Shown here piece after piece: positions 44,855 through 56,855 of a DNA stretch of 64,000 nucleotides. Source of the DNA: Escherichia coli (GTDB lineage Bacteria; Pseudomonadota; Gammaproteobacteria; Enterobacterales; Enterobacteriaceae); assembly GCF_024298765.1 (NCBI RefSeq), contig NZ_CP101210.1; one strand, 5' to 3'. A program made the translations under genes and the position numbers. The notes under the pieces are model-generated. The model did not search any database. It was given only the letters and a program-made list of their open reading frames with translations, and was not told the origin of the DNA. Within the stretch, counting starts at the first letter, position 1, and each line of letters begins with the position of its first letter.

Positions 44855-47800
44855 TTACGCCTCCTCTTCATGACGGGCAAAGCGGCTTTTGGTCCACAAT
44901 GCCAGGCGGTCGAACAGCAGATAAATCACCGGCGTGGTGAACAGCGTCAGCACCTGGCTGACAATCAGGCCGCCGACCATGCCGATACCTAACGGACGAC
45001 GCAGTTCCGCGCCGACCCCGGTACTCAACATCAGCGGCAGCGCGCCAAGCAGAGCCGCCAGGGTGGTCATCAGGATCGGACGAAAACGCAACAGACAAGC
45101 CTGGTAGATTGCATCGCGCGGCGACATGCCTTGCTCGCGCTCAGCAGCCAGCGCGAAGTCGATCATCATGATGGCGTTCTTCTTCACGATACCGATCAGC
45201 AAAATAATGCCGATAATCGCAATCACATCCAGTTCGCTACCGGCAATCATTAACGCCAGCAGGGCGCCAACACCTGCCGTGGGTAGCGTCGAGAGAATGG
45301 TGATCGGGTGAATAAAGCTCTCGTACAGAATGCCGAGCACGATATACATCGCCACCACCGCCGCGACAATCAGCCAGACAGTGCTGCCCAGCGCCGACTG
45401 GAAGGCGAGGGTGCTGCCCTGGAACTGCGTGGTGATATCCACCGGCAGATTCAGCGTCTTTTCGGTGTCCATAATCGCCTGCACCGCATCGCCCAGCGAA
45501 TAGTTATCTGGCACGTTAAAAGAGATGGTCGTTACCGGGAACTGATCCAGATGGTTGATGGAAAGCGGCGCAAAACGCTGTTCAACTTTGGCAATTGAGC
45601 TTAACGGCACCACGCCGCCGTCGCTGCTGGTCAGGCGAATGGTATCTAGCGCCGCAAGCCCTGGGGTATTTTCGGTGTTGTGCTCCAGCACCACGCGATA
45701 CTGGTTGGCCTGAGTATAAATAGTGGAAATCAGCCGCTGACCAAACGCGTTGTACAGGGCGTTATCGACATCCGCCATGCTGATCCCCAGACGGCTGGCG
45801 CTGTCGCGATCAACATTGACATACGCCACCAGCCCTTTGTCCTGCCAGTCGCTGGAGACATCAGAAAGCTGTGGCAGTTGCTGGAGTTTTTCCATCAACT
45901 GTGGCACCCAGGTACTGAGCGCATCCAGTGACGTGGCCTGCAAGGTAAACTGGTACTGGGTGCGGCTGACCTGAGTATCAATAGTCAGATCCTGCGTTGG
46001 TTGCAGGAAGAGATCGACGCCCGGCACTTTATCTACCGCCGTTTGCAGACGGGCGATGACTTTTTGCACCCGATCATCACGTTCATCCAACGGTTTGAGG
46101 TTGATTTGTAAACGTGCACTGTTCAGCGACGGGTTAGTGCCATCAACGCCAACAAATGAGGTCAGGCTTTGCACTGCCGGATCCTGCAAAATCACGTCCG
46201 CGACCTGGCGTTGTCGCTGGGCCATATTGGCAAAGGAGCTGGATTGCGGTGCCTGCAAAGTGCCCTGAATAATGCCATTGTCCTGTACCGGGAAGAAACC
46301 TTTCGGAATGAACACCCACAGCAGCACGCTAAGCAGCAGCGTGCTGAGTGCCACGCTTAAGGTCAGCCACGGATGATTCAGCACTTTCGCCAGTCCACGA
46401 CCATAGGCGGCGATTATCCTGTCGAACATTTTTTCCGAGGCACGGGAGAAGCGGTTCTGTTTACGCAACGACTCCTGGCTGAGCATCCGCGCGCACATCA
46501 TCGGTGTCAGGGTCAGCGACACCACCGCTGAGATCAAAATCGCTACCGCCAGGGTAATAGCAAATTCGCGGAACAGCCGCCCGACGATATCGCCCATAAA
46601 CAGCAGTGGGATCAACACCGCAATCAGTGAGAAGGTCAGCGAGATAATGGTAAAGCCGATTTCACCTGCGCCCTTGAGCGCCGCCGCCAACGGTTTTTCG
46701 CCTTTTTCGATATAGCGGGAAATGTTTTCGATCACCACGATGGCGTCATCGACCACGAATCCGGTGGCGATAGTTAACGCCATCAGTGTCAGGTTATTGA
46801 TTGAAAAATCGAGAAACACCATAACCGCGAAAGTGCCGATTAACGACAGCGGTACAGCAACACCGGGAATGATGGTCGCCGGAATATTGCGCAAAAACAG
46901 GTAGATAATCATGACTACCAGCGCGATAGCCATCATCAATTCAAACTGAGTATCATCGACGGATGCGCGGATATTGGTGGTGCGATCGGAAAGCACTGTC
47001 ACCTTCACCGATTTCGGCAGACTCTCGGTGAGCTGTGGCAGCATCTGCCGGATGCTGTCGGCGGTGGAGATAATGTTAGCACCGGGCTGGCGCTGAACAT
47101 TCATCACAATGGCCTGTTCTTTGTTCGCCCACGCGCCGAGCCAGCTGTTTTCTGCACCTTGCTCTACAGTTGCGACATCGCCCAGACGAATTGGCGCGCC
47201 GTTCTGGTAGGCGATGATTAGCTGGCGATACTCTTCGGCGGATTGCATCTGGTCGTTCGCGGAAAGCGTGACCGCACGGGAAGGGCCGTCGAGGCTACCT
47301 TTTGCCGAGTTAACGTTAGCGCCGGTAATGGCGGTGCGCACGGTTTCGCTGGTCAGGCCGAGGGCGGCAATCGCCTGAGCGTTAAGTTTGACGCGAACAG
47401 CCGGACGCTGACCGCCGGAAAGCGTCACCAGGCCGACGCCGGAAATCTGCGAGATTTTCTGCGCGACGCGGGTTTCCACCATATCTTCCACTTGCGTCAT
47501 CGGCATGGCGGTTGAGGTGACGGCGAGCGTCATGATCGGCGGATCTGCCGGGTTCACTTTGCTGTAAACCGGCGGGTTAGGCAGATCGCTCGGCAACAAG
47601 TTGGTCGCAGCGTTAATCGCGGCCTGCACTTCCTGCTCGGCGACATCGAGCGGTAATGTTAGCTGGAACTGCAAAGTGATAACTGACGCACCGCCGGAAC
47701 TTTGCGACGACATCTGTTTCAGGCCAGACATCTGCCCGAACTGGCGTTCTAGCGGCGCGGTAACGGCAGAGGTCATGACATCCGGGCTGGCACCTGGGTA

Positions 47801-47977
47801 GAGCGTGACCACCTGAATGGTCGGATAGTCCACTTCCGGCAGCGCCGAAACGGGCAGGGCGCGATAACCGATAATCCCGGCGAGTAAGATCGCCACCATC
47901 AGCAGCGTGGTGGCCACAGGACGCATAATAAACAGGCGCGACGGGCCGCCTGTGCTGCTCGGGGGTAACACCTGCAT
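44855..47977 (-). CDS. mdtB: RND multidrug efflux pump subunit MdtB
   Basis: 1040 aa, RND permease paralogous to MdtC. Confidence 0.95.
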   Translation of the reverse strand: MQVLPPSSTGGPSRLFIMRPVATTLLMVAILLAGIIGYRALPVSALPEVDYPTIQVVTLYPGASPDVMTSAVTAPLERQFGQMSGLKQMSSQSSGGASVITLQFQLTLPLDVAEQEVQAAINAATNLLPSDLPNPPVYSKVNPADPPIMTLAVTSTAMPMTQVEDMVETRVAQKISQISGVGLVTLSGGQRPAVRVKLNAQAIAALGLTSETVRTAITGANVNSAKGSLDGPSRAVTLSANDQMQSAEEYRQLIIAYQNGAPIRLGDVATVEQGAENSWLGAWANKEQAIVMNVQRQPGANIISTADSIRQMLPQLTESLPKSVKVTVLSDRTTNIRASVDDTQFELMMAIALVVMIIYLFLRNIPATIIPGVAVPLSLIGTFAVMVFLDFSINNLTLMALTIATGFVVDDAIVVIENISRYIEKGEKPLAAALKGAGEIGFTIISLTFSLIAVLIPLLFMGDIVGRLFREFAITLAVAILISAVVSLTLTPMMCARMLSQESLRKQNRFSRASEKMFDRIIAAYGRGLAKVLNHPWLTLSVALSTLLLSVLLWVFIPKGFFPVQDNGIIQGTLQAPQSSSFANMAQRQRQVADVILQDPAVQSLTSFVGVDGTNPSLNSARLQINLKPLDERDDRVQKVIARLQTAVDKVPGVDLFLQPTQDLTIDTQVSRTQYQFTLQATSLDALSTWVPQLMEKLQQLPQLSDVSSDWQDKGLVAYVNVDRDSASRLGISMADVDNALYNAFGQRLISTIYTQANQYRVVLEHNTENTPGLAALDTIRLTSSDGGVVPLSSIAKVEQRFAPLSINHLDQFPVTTISFNVPDNYSLGDAVQAIMDTEKTLNLPVDITTQFQGSTLAFQSALGSTVWLIVAAVVAMYIVLGILYESFIHPITILSTLPTAGVGALLALMIAGSELDVIAIIGIILLIGIVKKNAIMMIDFALAAEREQGMSPRDAIYQACLLRFRPILMTTLAALLGALPLMLSTGVGAELRRPLGIGMVGGLIVSQVLTLFTTPVIYLLFDRLALWTKSRFARHEEEA

Positions 47978-49224
47978 CAGGAGAGTGCTCCTTTTTTCGC
48001 GTATTCGCGGCTGGTGGCTTTCTCTTCCGGAGTAGTGGCGCTCTGGGCTTCCACCACTTCCACTTTCGCCCCTTCGGTCAGGCGATCAATGCCGTCTGTC
48101 ACCACGCGATCGCCCGCAGAAATACCTGCACGGATCACCACTTTCTGACTGTCCTGAATGCCCGGCGTCACCAGATGTTTGCTGACCTTGTTTTCGCTAT
48201 TCAGCACCCAGACAAAATGGCCTTCATTGCCCATTTGCAGGGCGGCTGTTGGGATCACTACGGCGTTTTGTTCGGTGTCGACTAACATGCGCGCGTTAAC
48301 AAACTGATTGGGAAACAGCGCATCATCCTGATTATTAAAGCGTGCTTTCACTTTAATCGTACCGGTAGTGGCATCGATTTGGTTATCTAGACTTAACAGC
48401 GTGCCTTCACTTAATTTCTTCGAGTTGGTGCGATCCCAGGCTTCTACCACCAGCGGTTTTCCGGCTTTCTGCGCCTGCACTACGGTAGCGATATCGCTTT
48501 CCGGCAGGGTAAAGACTAAATCGATAGGATGCGTCTGGGTGATCACCACGATCCCGGTGGTATCACCACTGGAGATTTGGTTACCAACATCAACCTGCTT
48601 GAGACCAACGCGACCATCGACTGGTGCGGTAATCCGGCTCCAGTCGAGTTGCAGCTGCGCGCTGGCAACGCTTGCTTCATCAGCCTTAATGGTGCCTTCG
48701 GTTTCACTGACCAGCGCCTGTTGGGCATCCAGCTCCTGGCGGGAAACGAGATTGGTTTTTGCCAGTTGTTGATAACGCGCCAGGTCACGGCGGGCGTTGG
48801 CAAGCGTGGCTTTATCTTTTGCCAGTTGGCCCTGGGCTTGTGCTAATGCAACTTTGAACTGGCTGGGGTCAATTTCTGCCAGTAAATCGCCTGCTTTGAC
48901 CTGCTGGCCTTCCTGGAAATGTAACGCTATCAGTTGGCCGTCCACGCGGCTGCGCACCGTAACGGTATTAGCGGCGGTAATGGTGCCAAGCCCGGTGAGG
49001 TAACGCGGAACTGCCTGTTCTACGGCGGTCGCCGCCTGAACCGGGGCTAATGGGCCGGAACGCATACCACGTCGACCACCCGCTGGCGATTGCTGCGCTT
49101 GTTTCGTCGCCCCTGGGGCTGCACTCCGGGAGTCATTGCGGCCTTGCCAGAACCAGAATGCGGCGATGGCGGCGATAACCACCACGATTACGATTACCCA
49201 ACGGGATTTATAACTACCTTTCAT
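47977..49224 (-). CDS. mdtA: Membrane fusion (periplasmic adaptor) protein MdtA
   Basis: Start set at [12 protein letters not shown] (49224), 415 aa; the listed ORF extends 49 codons upstream with no RBS. Confidence 0.9.
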   Translation of the reverse strand: MKGSYKSRWVIVIVVVIAAIAAFWFWQGRNDSRSAAPGATKQAQQSPAGGRRGMRSGPLAPVQAATAVEQAVPRYLTGLGTITAANTVTVRSRVDGQLIALHFQEGQQVKAGDLLAEIDPSQFKVALAQAQGQLAKDKATLANARRDLARYQQLAKTNLVSRQELDAQQALVSETEGTIKADEASVASAQLQLDWSRITAPVDGRVGLKQVDVGNQISSGDTTGIVVITQTHPIDLVFTLPESDIATVVQAQKAGKPLVVEAWDRTNSKKLSEGTLLSLDNQIDATTGTIKVKARFNNQDDALFPNQFVNARMLVDTEQNAVVIPTAALQMGNEGHFVWVLNSENKVSKHLVTPGIQDSQKVVIRAGISAGDRVVTDGIDRLTEGAKVEVVEAQSATTPEEKATSREYAKKGALS

Positions 49225-49277
49225 CGTTAAGAGTTTCTCTTCCTGAAACGTTTCGCGGAATGATACTAGTGTAGCCA

Positions 49278-49295
49278 GCCAATAAGGGAGAAAAA
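49278..49295 (-). promoter_or_regulatory. BaeR box upstream of mdtA
   Basis: Minus strand reads TTTTTCTCCCTTATTGGC, matching the BaeR consensus TTTTTCTCCATDATTGGC at 16 of 18 positions, about 55 bp upstream of the mdtA start. Confidence 0.75.
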
Positions 49296-49444
49296 TGGAG
49301 GAATTATGAAACACTGTCGGGAATCGTCTGAATGACGGGCACATTTGCGAGCACGCATCCAGTAATAACACAGGAAACTATTTTATCTACGCGTTAGCGA
49401 TAGACTGCTTGCATGGCGAAAGGAGGTAAGCCGCAGATTTCAGC

Positions 49445-49590
49445 CGGATGCTGAAACGGGAAAGCCCCTCCCGAGGAAGGGGCCTTAAATAAGGAAAGGG
49501 TCATGATGAAGCTACTCATCATCGTGGTGCTCTTAGTCATAAGCTTCCCCGCTTACTAAGACTACCAGGGCGGGGGAAACCCCGCTCTAC
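49445..49590 (-). ncRNA. sibB: SibB-like antisense sRNA (antitoxin of ibsB)
   Basis: Minus-strand promoter TTGACA-17-TACTTT downstream of the ibsB stop, and hairpin GCCCCT...AGGGGC at about 49465-49485 as terminator; fully overlaps ibsB. Ends are approximate. Confidence 0.5.
49503..49559 (+). CDS. ibsB: Ibs type I toxin peptide (18 aa)
   Basis: RBS AAGGAAAGGG then ATGATG...; translation MMKLLIIVVLLVISFPAY. Confidence 0.75.
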   Translation: MMKLLIIVVLLVISFPAY

Positions 49591-49847
49591 CCTCACTCCT
49601 GAAAGTATGCCTTCACGATAAGATTGTCAATCCGCAGGCTTTGTAGTCTGCGATCCTGCCAGCAAATATTCTTTGCGAGTCGTTACGCAATAATCACAGA
49701 GGAAACTATTTTATTCACGCGTTAGCGATAGACTGCATTCAGGGCGAAAGGAGGTAAGCCGATGATTTCAGCGGGACGCTGAAACGGGAAAGCCTCTCCC
49801 TGTACTGCACCCATTTTGTTGGACGATGAAATGGAATAGCCCCTAAT

Positions 49848-50369
49848 ATGTCAAAGCCAAAATACCCTTTTGAAAAGCGCCTTGAAGTCGTGAATCACTA
49901 CTTCACAACTGATGATGGTTACAGGATCATCTCGGCACGTTTTGGTGTCCCCCGAACCCAGGTCAGGACATGGGTTGCCCTCTATGAAAAACATGGAGAA
50001 AAAGGTTTAATTCCCAAACCTAAAGGCGTTAGTGCTGATCCAGAGTTGCGTATTAAGGTCGTGAAAGCTGTGATCGAGCAGCACATGTCCCTTAATCAGG
50101 CTGCTGCTCACTTTATGCTTGCTGGTAGTGGTTCTGTAGCCAGGTGGCTGAAGGTCTATGAAGAGCGCGGAGAAGCTGGTTTACGCGCGCTCAAGATTGG
50201 CACCAAAAGAAACATTGCAATATCAGTTGATCCAGAAAAAGCGGCATCAGCATTGGAGCTGTCAAAAGACCGACGCATTGAGGATCTTGAAAGGCAAGTT
50301 CGATTTCTTGAAACGCGGCTTGTGTATCTAAAAAAGCTGAAAGCCTTAGCTCATCCCACGAAAAAGTGA
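49848..50369 (+). CDS. insJ: IS150 OrfA (InsJ) transposase DNA-binding subunit
   Basis: 173 aa, HTH-containing IS3-family OrfA. Confidence 0.9.
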   Translation: MSKPKYPFEKRLEVVNHYFTTDDGYRIISARFGVPRTQVRTWVALYEKHGEKGLIPKPKGVSADPELRIKVVKAVIEQHMSLNQAAAHFMLAGSGSVARWLKVYEERGEAGLRALKIGTKRNIAISVDPEKAASALELSKDRRIEDLERQVRFLETRLVYLKKLKALAHPTKK

Positions 50370-51217
50370 AAGTACTCAACGAGCTAAGGCAGTTTTATCC
50401 TCTTGATGAGCTTCTCAGGGCTGCGGAGATACCGCGCAGTACGTTTTATTACCATCTAAAGGCTCTCAGCAAGCCTGACAAGTATGCGGACGTTAAAAAG
50501 CGTATTGGTGAGATTTATCATGAGAATAGAGGCCGATACGGATACCGTAGGGTAACGCTGTCTCTTCATCGAGAAGGGAAACAGATTAACCATAAAGCTG
50601 TTCAGCGCCTGATGGGAATCCTCTCACTGAAGGCAGCGATTAAGGTCAAGCGATACCGCTCTTACAGAGGAGAGGTAGGGCAAACCGCCCCCAATGTTCT
50701 CCAAAGAGATTTCAAGGCTACGCGGCCAAACGAGAAGTGGGTTACCGATGTTACTGAATTTGCAGTCAATGGGCGCAAGCTGTATTTGTCTCCAGTAATA
50801 GATCTCTTCAACAACGAAGTTATTTCTTACAGCCTTTCGGAAAGACCAGTGATGAACATGGTCGAGAATATGCTCGATCAGGCATTCAAAAAGCTTAATC
50901 CTCACGAGCATCCTGTTCTGCACTCTGACCAGGGATGGCAGTATCGTATGAGAAGATATCAAAATATCCTTAAAGAACATGGTATTAAACAAAGCATGTC
51001 CAGAAAAGGCAATTGTCTGGATAATGCTGTGGTGGAGTGTTTCTTTGGAACCTTAAAGTCGGAGTGTTTTTATCTTGATGAGTTCAGTAATATAAGCGAG
51101 CTGAAGGATGCTGTTACGGAATATATTGAATACTACAACAGCAGAAGAATTAGCCTGAAATTAAAAGGTCTGACTCCAATTGAATATCGGAATCAGACCT
51201 ATATGCCTCGTGTTTAA
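50366..51217 (+). CDS. insK: IS150 OrfB (InsK) transposase catalytic subunit (DDE)
   Basis: 283 aa, DDE/integrase core; normally expressed as an OrfAB fusion by -1 frameshifting. Confidence 0.9.
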   Translation: MKVLNELRQFYPLDELLRAAEIPRSTFYYHLKALSKPDKYADVKKRIGEIYHENRGRYGYRRVTLSLHREGKQINHKAVQRLMGILSLKAAIKVKRYRSYRGEVGQTAPNVLQRDFKATRPNEKWVTDVTEFAVNGRKLYLSPVIDLFNNEVISYSLSERPVMNMVENMLDQAFKKLNPHEHPVLHSDQGWQYRMRRYQNILKEHGIKQSMSRKGNCLDNAVVECFFGTLKSECFYLDEFSNISELKDAVTEYIEYYNSRRISLKLKGLTPIEYRNQTYMPRV

Positions 51218-51243
51218 CTGTCCAACTTTTTGGGGTCAGTACA

Positions 51244-51400
51244 CCCGGAGAAGAGGGCTTTTAATAAGGAAAGGGTTATGATGAAGCACGTCATCATACT
51301 GGTGATACTCTTAGTGATTAGCTTCCAGGCTTACTAAGAACACCAGGGGGAGGGGGAAACCTCTCCCTAACCCTCACTCCTGAAATTATGTCACTCCGCC
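51244..51400 (-). ncRNA. sibA: SibA-like antisense sRNA, 3' region interrupted by IS150
   Basis: Minus-strand promoter TTGACA-17-TAATTT downstream of the ibsA stop; its expected terminator (by comparison with the sibB copy) is where IS150 sits. Ends are approximate. Confidence 0.4.
51278..51337 (+). CDS. ibsA: Ibs type I toxin peptide (19 aa), separated from its native leader by IS150
   Basis: RBS AAGGAAAGGG then ATGATG...; translation MMKHVIILVILLVISFQAY. Confidence 0.7.
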   Translation: MMKHVIILVILLVISFQAY

Positions 51401-51557
51401 CTTAGTGTCAATCGACGGCTCTCCGTTCTTGCGAGGCGAATAGCAAAATTTTCTGCGCCGCCGGGCCTAATTCTGAAAGTTTCTTCGTTTGTTCTTATTT
51501 CATTATTGCAGTCGGTATGATACCGGACCTCAATAATTCTCTAAGAAAGGATTTCTT

Positions 51558-52217
51558 ATGAGCGAACAAATCACGTTTGCCACCAGCGATTTTGCCAGTA
51601 ACCCGGAACCACGTTGCCCCTGCATTTTGCTGCTGGATGTTTCTGGCTCGATGAGCGGCAGACCTATTAATGAACTTAACGCCGGATTGGTGACCTTTCG
51701 TGATGAACTGCTTGCCGATCCGCTGGCTTTAAAAAGAGTGGAACTCGGCATTGTGACGTTCGGCCCGGTGCATGTGGAACAACCCTTTACCAGCGCCGCT
51801 AACTTTTTCCCGCCCATCCTGTTTGCCCAGGGGGATACGCCAATGGGGGCCGCCATTACCAAAGCCCTGGATATGGTTGAAGAGAGGAAACGTGAGTACC
51901 GCGCAAATGGTATTTCGTATTATCGCCCGTGGATTTTCCTGATCACCGATGGCGCTCCAACCGATGAGTGGCAGGCTGCCGCCAACAAAGTGTTTCAGGG
52001 GGAAGAAGATAAGAAGTTTGCCTTCTTTTCCATCGGTGTTCAGGGGGCGGATATGAAGACGCTGGCACAAATCAGCGTTCGTCAGCCTTTGCCTCTGCAA
52101 GGATTACAATTCCGTGAACTGTTTAGCTGGTTATCCAGTTCGCTGCGTTCGGTTTCCCGCTCCACGCCGGGAACGGAAGTTGTGCTGGAAGCGCCAAAAG
52201 GCTGGACGTCAGTGTGA
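51558..52217 (+). CDS. yegL: von Willebrand factor A (vWA) domain protein YegL
   Basis: 219 aa; MIDAS-like DxSxS motif ([11 protein letters not shown]). Confidence 0.85.
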   Translation: MSEQITFATSDFASNPEPRCPCILLLDVSGSMSGRPINELNAGLVTFRDELLADPLALKRVELGIVTFGPVHVEQPFTSAANFFPPILFAQGDTPMGAAITKALDMVEERKREYRANGISYYRPWIFLITDGAPTDEWQAAANKVFQGEEDKKFAFFSIGVQGADMKTLAQISVRQPLPLQGLQFRELFSWLSSSLRSVSRSTPGTEVVLEAPKGWTSV

Positions 52218-52975
52218 GCTGGCGTCTGGTTTATGCATCCGCTGTTGGAACGTCGCACATTAGCGCTGATTTACCTTGTCAGGATGCCTGCCAGATGCAG
52301 GTTGCCTGGTTAAACGATCAGCAACCATTACTGGTGATGTTTCTTGCTGATGGTGCAGGCAGCGTCTCGCAGGGTGGCGAAGGCGCGATGCTCGCCGTCA
52401 ATGAAGCGATGGCTTATATGTCGCAAAAAGTGCAGGGTGGGGAATTGGGGCTTAATGATATCCTCGCCACGGATATTGTGCTGACTATTCGTCAGCGACT
52501 TTTTGCCGAGGCAGAGGCCAAAGAATTAGCGGTTCGCGATTTTGCCTGCACGTTTATGGGATTGATTTCATCGGCTAATGGCACCTTGATTATGCAGATT
52601 GGCGATGGCGGCGTGGTGGTAGATTTCGGTCATGGTCTGCAATTGCCGCTTACGCCGATGGTGGGTGAATATGCCAATATGACGCACTTCATTACCGATG
52701 AAGATGCCGTTTCCAGACTGGAAACTTTCACCAGCACTGAGCGTGTGCATAAAGTTGCAGCATTTACGGATGGTATCCAGCGACTGGCGTTAAATATGTT
52801 GGATAATTCTCCACATGTGCCTTTCTTTACCCCGTTTTTCAATGGACTGGCGTCAGCAACGCAGGAACAACTCGATTTATTACCTGAATTGTTAAAGCAG
52901 TTTTTGTCCAGCCCAGCGGTAAACGAGCGTACCGATGATGATAAAACGTTAGCACTGGCGCTGTGGGCAGAGTGA
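52214..52975 (+). CDS. pphC: PP2C-family Ser/Thr protein phosphatase PphC (YegK)
   Basis: 253 aa; start overlaps the yegL stop. Confidence 0.8.
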   Translation: MSWRLVYASAVGTSHISADLPCQDACQMQVAWLNDQQPLLVMFLADGAGSVSQGGEGAMLAVNEAMAYMSQKVQGGELGLNDILATDIVLTIRQRLFAEAEAKELAVRDFACTFMGLISSANGTLIMQIGDGGVVVDFGHGLQLPLTPMVGEYANMTHFITDEDAVSRLETFTSTERVHKVAAFTDGIQRLALNMLDNSPHVPFFTPFFNGLASATQEQLDLLPELLKQFLSSPAVNERTDDDKTLALALWAE

Positions 52976-53039
52976 GTTTCTCATGGCGGTTGAAGACAAC
53001 AATTCAACCGCCAGTTTAAACAATAAATATAACGGCTGA

Positions 53040-53501
53040 TTAGCGAACTAATTTTGCTCTAAGCTCGTCGGCTTCTTCTTTTGGATAGGTGACCAATAAA
53101 GGATCAATGGTATAACCGCCGTAAATTTTATCCCCGCGCGTATACATCCAGTCTGAAATATCTTCTTTCTTGATTTTCCACTCCTGGCCATATTCTACGT
53201 TTGTAACAATACCAGGGTCATTGCTGATTACGCCAATAAACATGCCGTTAGAATAAGTGACATCCGTGAGCCAGAAATGCTCGGTTCTTCCGTGATCGGT
53301 TATCGGGGCTTTGACTGCGAAAGTATCGGCATCTTTTTTATTCATAACCTCGATGAATTTATCGGTTTCTTTCCGCGCATGTTTAATCGCGTCAGACATC
53401 GCTTGTTTATCATAACCTTCTGTCACTAACGTATCCGAAACTTCACTAAAGCCCGCGGTAGTAAAAAATAGCAGGCTCAACATGAGTAATATCTTTTTCA
53501 T
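53040..53501 (-). CDS. yegJ: YegJ, secreted DUF2314-like protein
   Basis: 153 aa with signal peptide. Confidence 0.75.
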   Translation of the reverse strand: MKKILLMLSLLFFTTAGFSEVSDTLVTEGYDKQAMSDAIKHARKETDKFIEVMNKKDADTFAVKAPITDHGRTEHFWLTDVTYSNGMFIGVISNDPGIVTNVEYGQEWKIKKEDISDWMYTRGDKIYGGYTIDPLLVTYPKEEADELRAKLVR

Positions 53502-53536
53502 TTTTTCTCCAGAATCTCTGTGTAGTAAAAGTTAGG

Positions 53537-54730
<1,194 letters not shown>

Positions 54731-54897
54731 TTAGCAAAACCTGTGGAAGTGAATCATTATCAGGTTGGAATTGAATTGTATCCTGATGAAATTACATTAT
54801 CATTTTTATTCTTGAGTGGGCTCTTCCCATATAGAAATAATTATAATGGGCAGTGTTATTATTCATTGAAATATAATATTGCTGCCCTTGAAACATT

Positions 54898-56844
54898 ATG
54901 AAGACAAATATAAAAGTATTTACATCAACAGGTGAAATGACCACTCTCGGTCTTGAACTGGGCAAAGGCGGTGAAGGCGCGGTTTATGATATCAATGAGT
55001 TTGTCGATAGCGTCGCCAAGATTTATCACACGCCGCCACCCGCCTTAAAACAGGACAAACTTGCCTTTATGGCTGCGACAGCTGACGCGCAATTGTTGAA
55101 TTATGTCGCCTGGCCGCAGGCAACGCTTCACGGTGGACGAGGCGGAAAAGTTATCGGTTTTATGATGCCAAAAGTTTCTGGTAAAGAACCGATTCATATG
55201 ATCTATAGCCCGGCACATCGTCGTCAACGTTACCCTCATTGGGCGTGGGATTTTCTACTCTATGTTGCGCGCAATATTGCTTCATCTTTTGCTACGGTTC
55301 ACGAGCACGGGCACGTCGTGGGTGACGTAAACCAGAACAGTTTTATGGTAGGTCGCGACAGCAAAGTGGTGTTGATTGATAGCGACTCCTTTCAGATTAA
55401 CGCCAATGGCACACTGCATTTATGCGAAGTCGGCGTGTCGCATTTTACGCCGCCAGAGCTACAAACCTTGTCGTCATTTGTCGGCTTTGAACGCACAGAA
55501 AATCACGATAATTTTGGCCTTGCGTTGCTGATTTTTCACGTCTTGTTTGGTGGCCGGCATCCTTATTCTGGTGTGCCGCTTATCTCTGATGCGGGTAATG
55601 CGCTGGAGACGGATATTACCCATTTCCGTTATGCCTACGCGTCAGATAATCAGCGACGTGGTTTAAAACCGCCGCCACGATCGATTCCGCTATCGATGTT
55701 ACCGAGTGATGTTGAAGCCATGTTTCAGCAGGCATTCACGGAAAGTGGCGTGGCAACCGGGCGTCCGACGGCTAAAGCGTGGGTAGCGGCACTTGATTCT
55801 CTGCGCCAACAGTTAAAGAAATGTACCGTTTCGGCAATGCATGTTTATCCCGGTCATTTGGCTGACTGCCCATGGTGTGCGCTGGATAATCAAGGTGTTA
55901 TCTATTTTATTGATCTCGGCGAAGAGGTCATTACCACCGGCGGGGATTTTGTGCTGGCAAAAGTCTGGGCGATGGTGATGGCGTCAGTAGCACCGCCAGC
56001 ATTGCAACTGCCATTACCCGATCATTTCCCACCGACTGGCAGGCCGCTTCCTTTAGGCCTGTTACGGCGCGAATACATCATTCTGCTTGAGATCGCACTG
56101 TCAGCATTATCGCTGCTGCTTTGCGGCCTTCAGGCAGAACCGCGTTATATTATTTTGGTTCCTGTGCTGGCGGCTATCTGGATTATTGGCAGTCTGACAA
56201 GCAAAGCGTACAAAGCAGAAGTTCAGCAACGCCGTGAGGCATTTAATCGTGCGAAAATGGACTATGACCATTTAGTCCGCCAGATCCAGCAGGTAGGCGG
56301 CCTGGAAGGTTTTATCGCCAAACGGACGATGCTCGAAAAAATGAAGGACGAAATTCTCGGGTTACCGGAAGAAGAGAAACGCGCTCTGGCAGCACTTCAT
56401 GACACTGCAAGGGAACGGCAGAAGCAGAAGTTTCTGGAGGGATTTTTTATTGATGTTGCCTCTATTCCCGGCGTTGGCCCTGCGCGTAAAGCGGCGTTAC
56501 GGTCTTTTGGTATTGAAACAGCCGCAGACGTTACCCGTCGTGGCGTTAAGCAAGTGAAAGGGTTTGGCGACCATCTGACCCAGGCGGTTATCGACTGGAA
56601 AGCGAGCTGTGAACGCCGTTTTGTGTTCAGGCCGAATGAAGCGATAACGCCAGCAGACAGACAAGCGGTAATGGCGAAAATGACCGCCAAACGACATCGG
56701 CTGGAATCGACGTTGACTGTCGGCGCGACAGAGTTGCAGCGATTCCGCCTTCATGCTCCAGCACGGACCATGCCGTTGATGGAACCTTTACGTCAGGCGG
56801 CAGAAAAACTGGCTCAGGCGCAGGCAGATTTAAGCCGCTGCTGA
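54898..56844 (+). CDS. yegI: Eukaryote-like Ser/Thr protein kinase YegI
   Basis: 648 aa; N-terminal kinase-like domain (glycine-rich LGKGGEGAVY, catalytic-loop-like HVVGDVNQNSFMV), central TM segments, C-terminal domain. Confidence 0.8.
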   Translation: MKTNIKVFTSTGEMTTLGLELGKGGEGAVYDINEFVDSVAKIYHTPPPALKQDKLAFMAATADAQLLNYVAWPQATLHGGRGGKVIGFMMPKVSGKEPIHMIYSPAHRRQRYPHWAWDFLLYVARNIASSFATVHEHGHVVGDVNQNSFMVGRDSKVVLIDSDSFQINANGTLHLCEVGVSHFTPPELQTLSSFVGFERTENHDNFGLALLIFHVLFGGRHPYSGVPLISDAGNALETDITHFRYAYASDNQRRGLKPPPRSIPLSMLPSDVEAMFQQAFTESGVATGRPTAKAWVAALDSLRQQLKKCTVSAMHVYPGHLADCPWCALDNQGVIYFIDLGEEVITTGGDFVLAKVWAMVMASVAPPALQLPLPDHFPPTGRPLPLGLLRREYIILLEIALSALSLLLCGLQAEPRYIILVPVLAAIWIIGSLTSKAYKAEVQQRREAFNRAKMDYDHLVRQIQQVGGLEGFIAKRTMLEKMKDEILGLPEEEKRALAALHDTARERQKQKFLEGFFIDVASIPGVGPARKAALRSFGIETAADVTRRGVKQVKGFGDHLTQAVIDWKASCERRFVFRPNEAITPADRQAVMAKMTAKRHRLESTLTVGATELQRFRLHAPARTMPLMEPLRQAAEKLAQAQADLSRC

Positions 56845-56855
56845 GCCATTTTCTT

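Larger units (their letters stand above)
49801..51243 (+). mobile_element. IS150 (IS3 family), complete 1443-bp copy with 3-bp target duplication CCC
   Basis: Ends TGTACTGCACCCATTTTGTTGGAC... and ...GTCCAACTTTTTGGGGTCAGTACA (imperfect inverted repeats, TG...CA); CCC at 49798-49800 and 51244-51246; two overlapping ORFs with an A AAA AAG slippery site. Confidence 0.9.
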
